NCBI RefSeq assembly: GCF_006345805.1
Contig: NW_021829294.1
Location: forward strand, 1 to 6,572
Reading direction: 5' to 3'
Source: Octopus sinensis
Lineage: Eukaryota
DNA: 6,572 bases
Shown: positions 5,694 through 6,572 of the stretch, piece by piece
Layout: each line of letters begins with the position of its first letter
Numbering within the stretch: position 1 is the first letter of the stretch
The notes under the pieces: generated by a model
What the model was told of the DNA's origin: nothing
The model's input: only the letters and a program-made list of their open reading frames with translations
The model's database searches: none
Position numbers and translations under genes: made by a program

Positions 5694-6572
5694 TGAACAT
5701 CGAAATAAATATCAATGGAAATAGTAGTTGTGATACCTGTGCCGGTGGCACATAAAAAGCACCATCCGAACGTGGCCGATGCCAGCGCTGCCTCGTCTGG
5801 CTTCTGTGCCGGTGGCACATAAAAAGCACCATCCGAACGTGGCCGATGCCAGCGGGCTGTCTGGCTTCTGTGCCGGTGGCACATAAAAAGCACCATCCGA
5901 ACGTGGCGATGCCAGCGCTGCCTCGTCTGGCTTCTGTGCCGGTGGCACATAAAAAGCACCATCCGAACGTGGCCGATGCCAGCGCTGCCTCGACTGGCTT
6001 CTGTGCCGGTGGCACATAAAAAGCACCATCCGAACGTGGCCGATGCCAGCGCTGCCTCGTCTGGCTTCTGTGCCGGTGGCACATAAAAAGCACCATCCGA
6101 ACGTGGCCGATGCCAGCGCGTTCTCGTCTGGCTTCGTGCCGGTGGCACAATAAAAAGCACCATCCGAACGTGGCCGATGCCAGCGCTGCCTCGTCTGGCT
6201 TCTGTGCCGGTGGCACATAAAAAGCACCATCCGAACGTGGCCGATGCCAGCGCTGCCTCGTCTGGCTTCTGTGCCGGTGGCACATAAAAAGCACCATCCG
6301 AACGTGGCCGATGCCAGCGCTGCCTTGACTGGCTTCTGTGCCGGTGTCACATAAAAAGCACCATCCGAACGTGGTTGATGCTAGTGCCGTCCCGACTGGC
6401 TTCTGTGCCGGTGGCACGTTAAAAGCACCAATCAATTGTGGCCGATGCCAGCCTCCCCTGGCACGTAAAAAGCACCCACTACACTCACGGAGTGGTTGGC
6501 ATTAGGAAGGGCATCAGCTGTAGAAACACTGCCAGATCAGACTGGAGCATGGTGCAGCTTTCAGGCTTCCCA
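5694..6572 (+). mobile_element. Family C retroposon (copy C3) with expanded internal array; runs off the window end
   Basis: 6477-6572 (CACTACACTCACGGAGTGGTTGGCATTAGGAAGGGCATCAGCTGTAGAAAC...) is the reverse-complement homologue of C1 and C2, and the internal units match those of C2. The 5' boundary near 5694 is uncertain, and no Pol III head is visible for this family in the window. Confidence 0.78.
5737..6402 (+). repeat. Tandem minisatellite: 10 copies of a 67-bp unit, followed by a diverged 11th and a partial 12th unit (to ~6476)
   Basis: Unit CTGTGCCGGTGGCACATAAAAAGCACCATCCGAACGTGGCCGATGCCAGCGCTGCCTCGTCTGGCTT starts at 5737, 5804, 5868, 5934, 6001, 6068, 6135, 6202, 6269 and 6336 (lengths 64-67). 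Further units begin at 6403 and ~6459. Confidence 0.95.

Noticed and set aside
5745-5830. HDV-like or hammerhead ribozyme in the 67-bp unit
   Set aside because: GCC-TCGTCT-GGC and GGCACA/TGTGCC superficially recall HDV P3/P1, but the loop length, P1 register and P1.1/P2 pairing do not fit. Neither strand has a CUGANGA plus GAAA core.
5588-6435. Protein-coding gene(s) from the 212-279 aa minus-strand ORFs
   Set aside because: Three overlapping frames encode the same permuted repeat, indels between units shift frame freely, and the ORFs lie antisense within a retroposon.
5737-6476. CRISPR array (regular repeats with palindromic core and polarised degeneration)
   Set aside because: The units are head-to-tail copies with no unique spacers, there are no cas genes, and the context is a eukaryotic retroposon.

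Overview
Eukaryotic, repeat-dense, apparently non-coding DNA. From recall of the repeat families it most likely comes from a coleoid cephalopod (Octopus-like); this is not verified. No credible protein-coding gene is present: the supplied ORFs are read-throughs of microsatellites, SINEs or a tandem array. The window holds three retroposon families. Family A is a tRNA-headed SINE with a CORE-like block and an internal microsatellite (3 near-full copies, 2 head-only copies). Family B is one tRNA-headed SINE with a 10-bp target-site duplication. Family C has a (GAT)n tail and an internal ~67-bp repeat module (3 partial copies). More than 2 kb of compound (TA)/(CA) microsatellite lies between them. 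The main points of interest are: (1) a young, CpG-rich 10-copy expansion of the 67-bp hairpin-bearing module inside the last family C copy, stop-free in all three antisense frames; (2) a short non-repetitive island carrying an RFX X-box, a palindromic CRE, KLF/SP boxes and an E-box; (3) closely spaced inverted SINE pairs that could form long dsRNA. I see no evidence for a prokaryote-type novel system.
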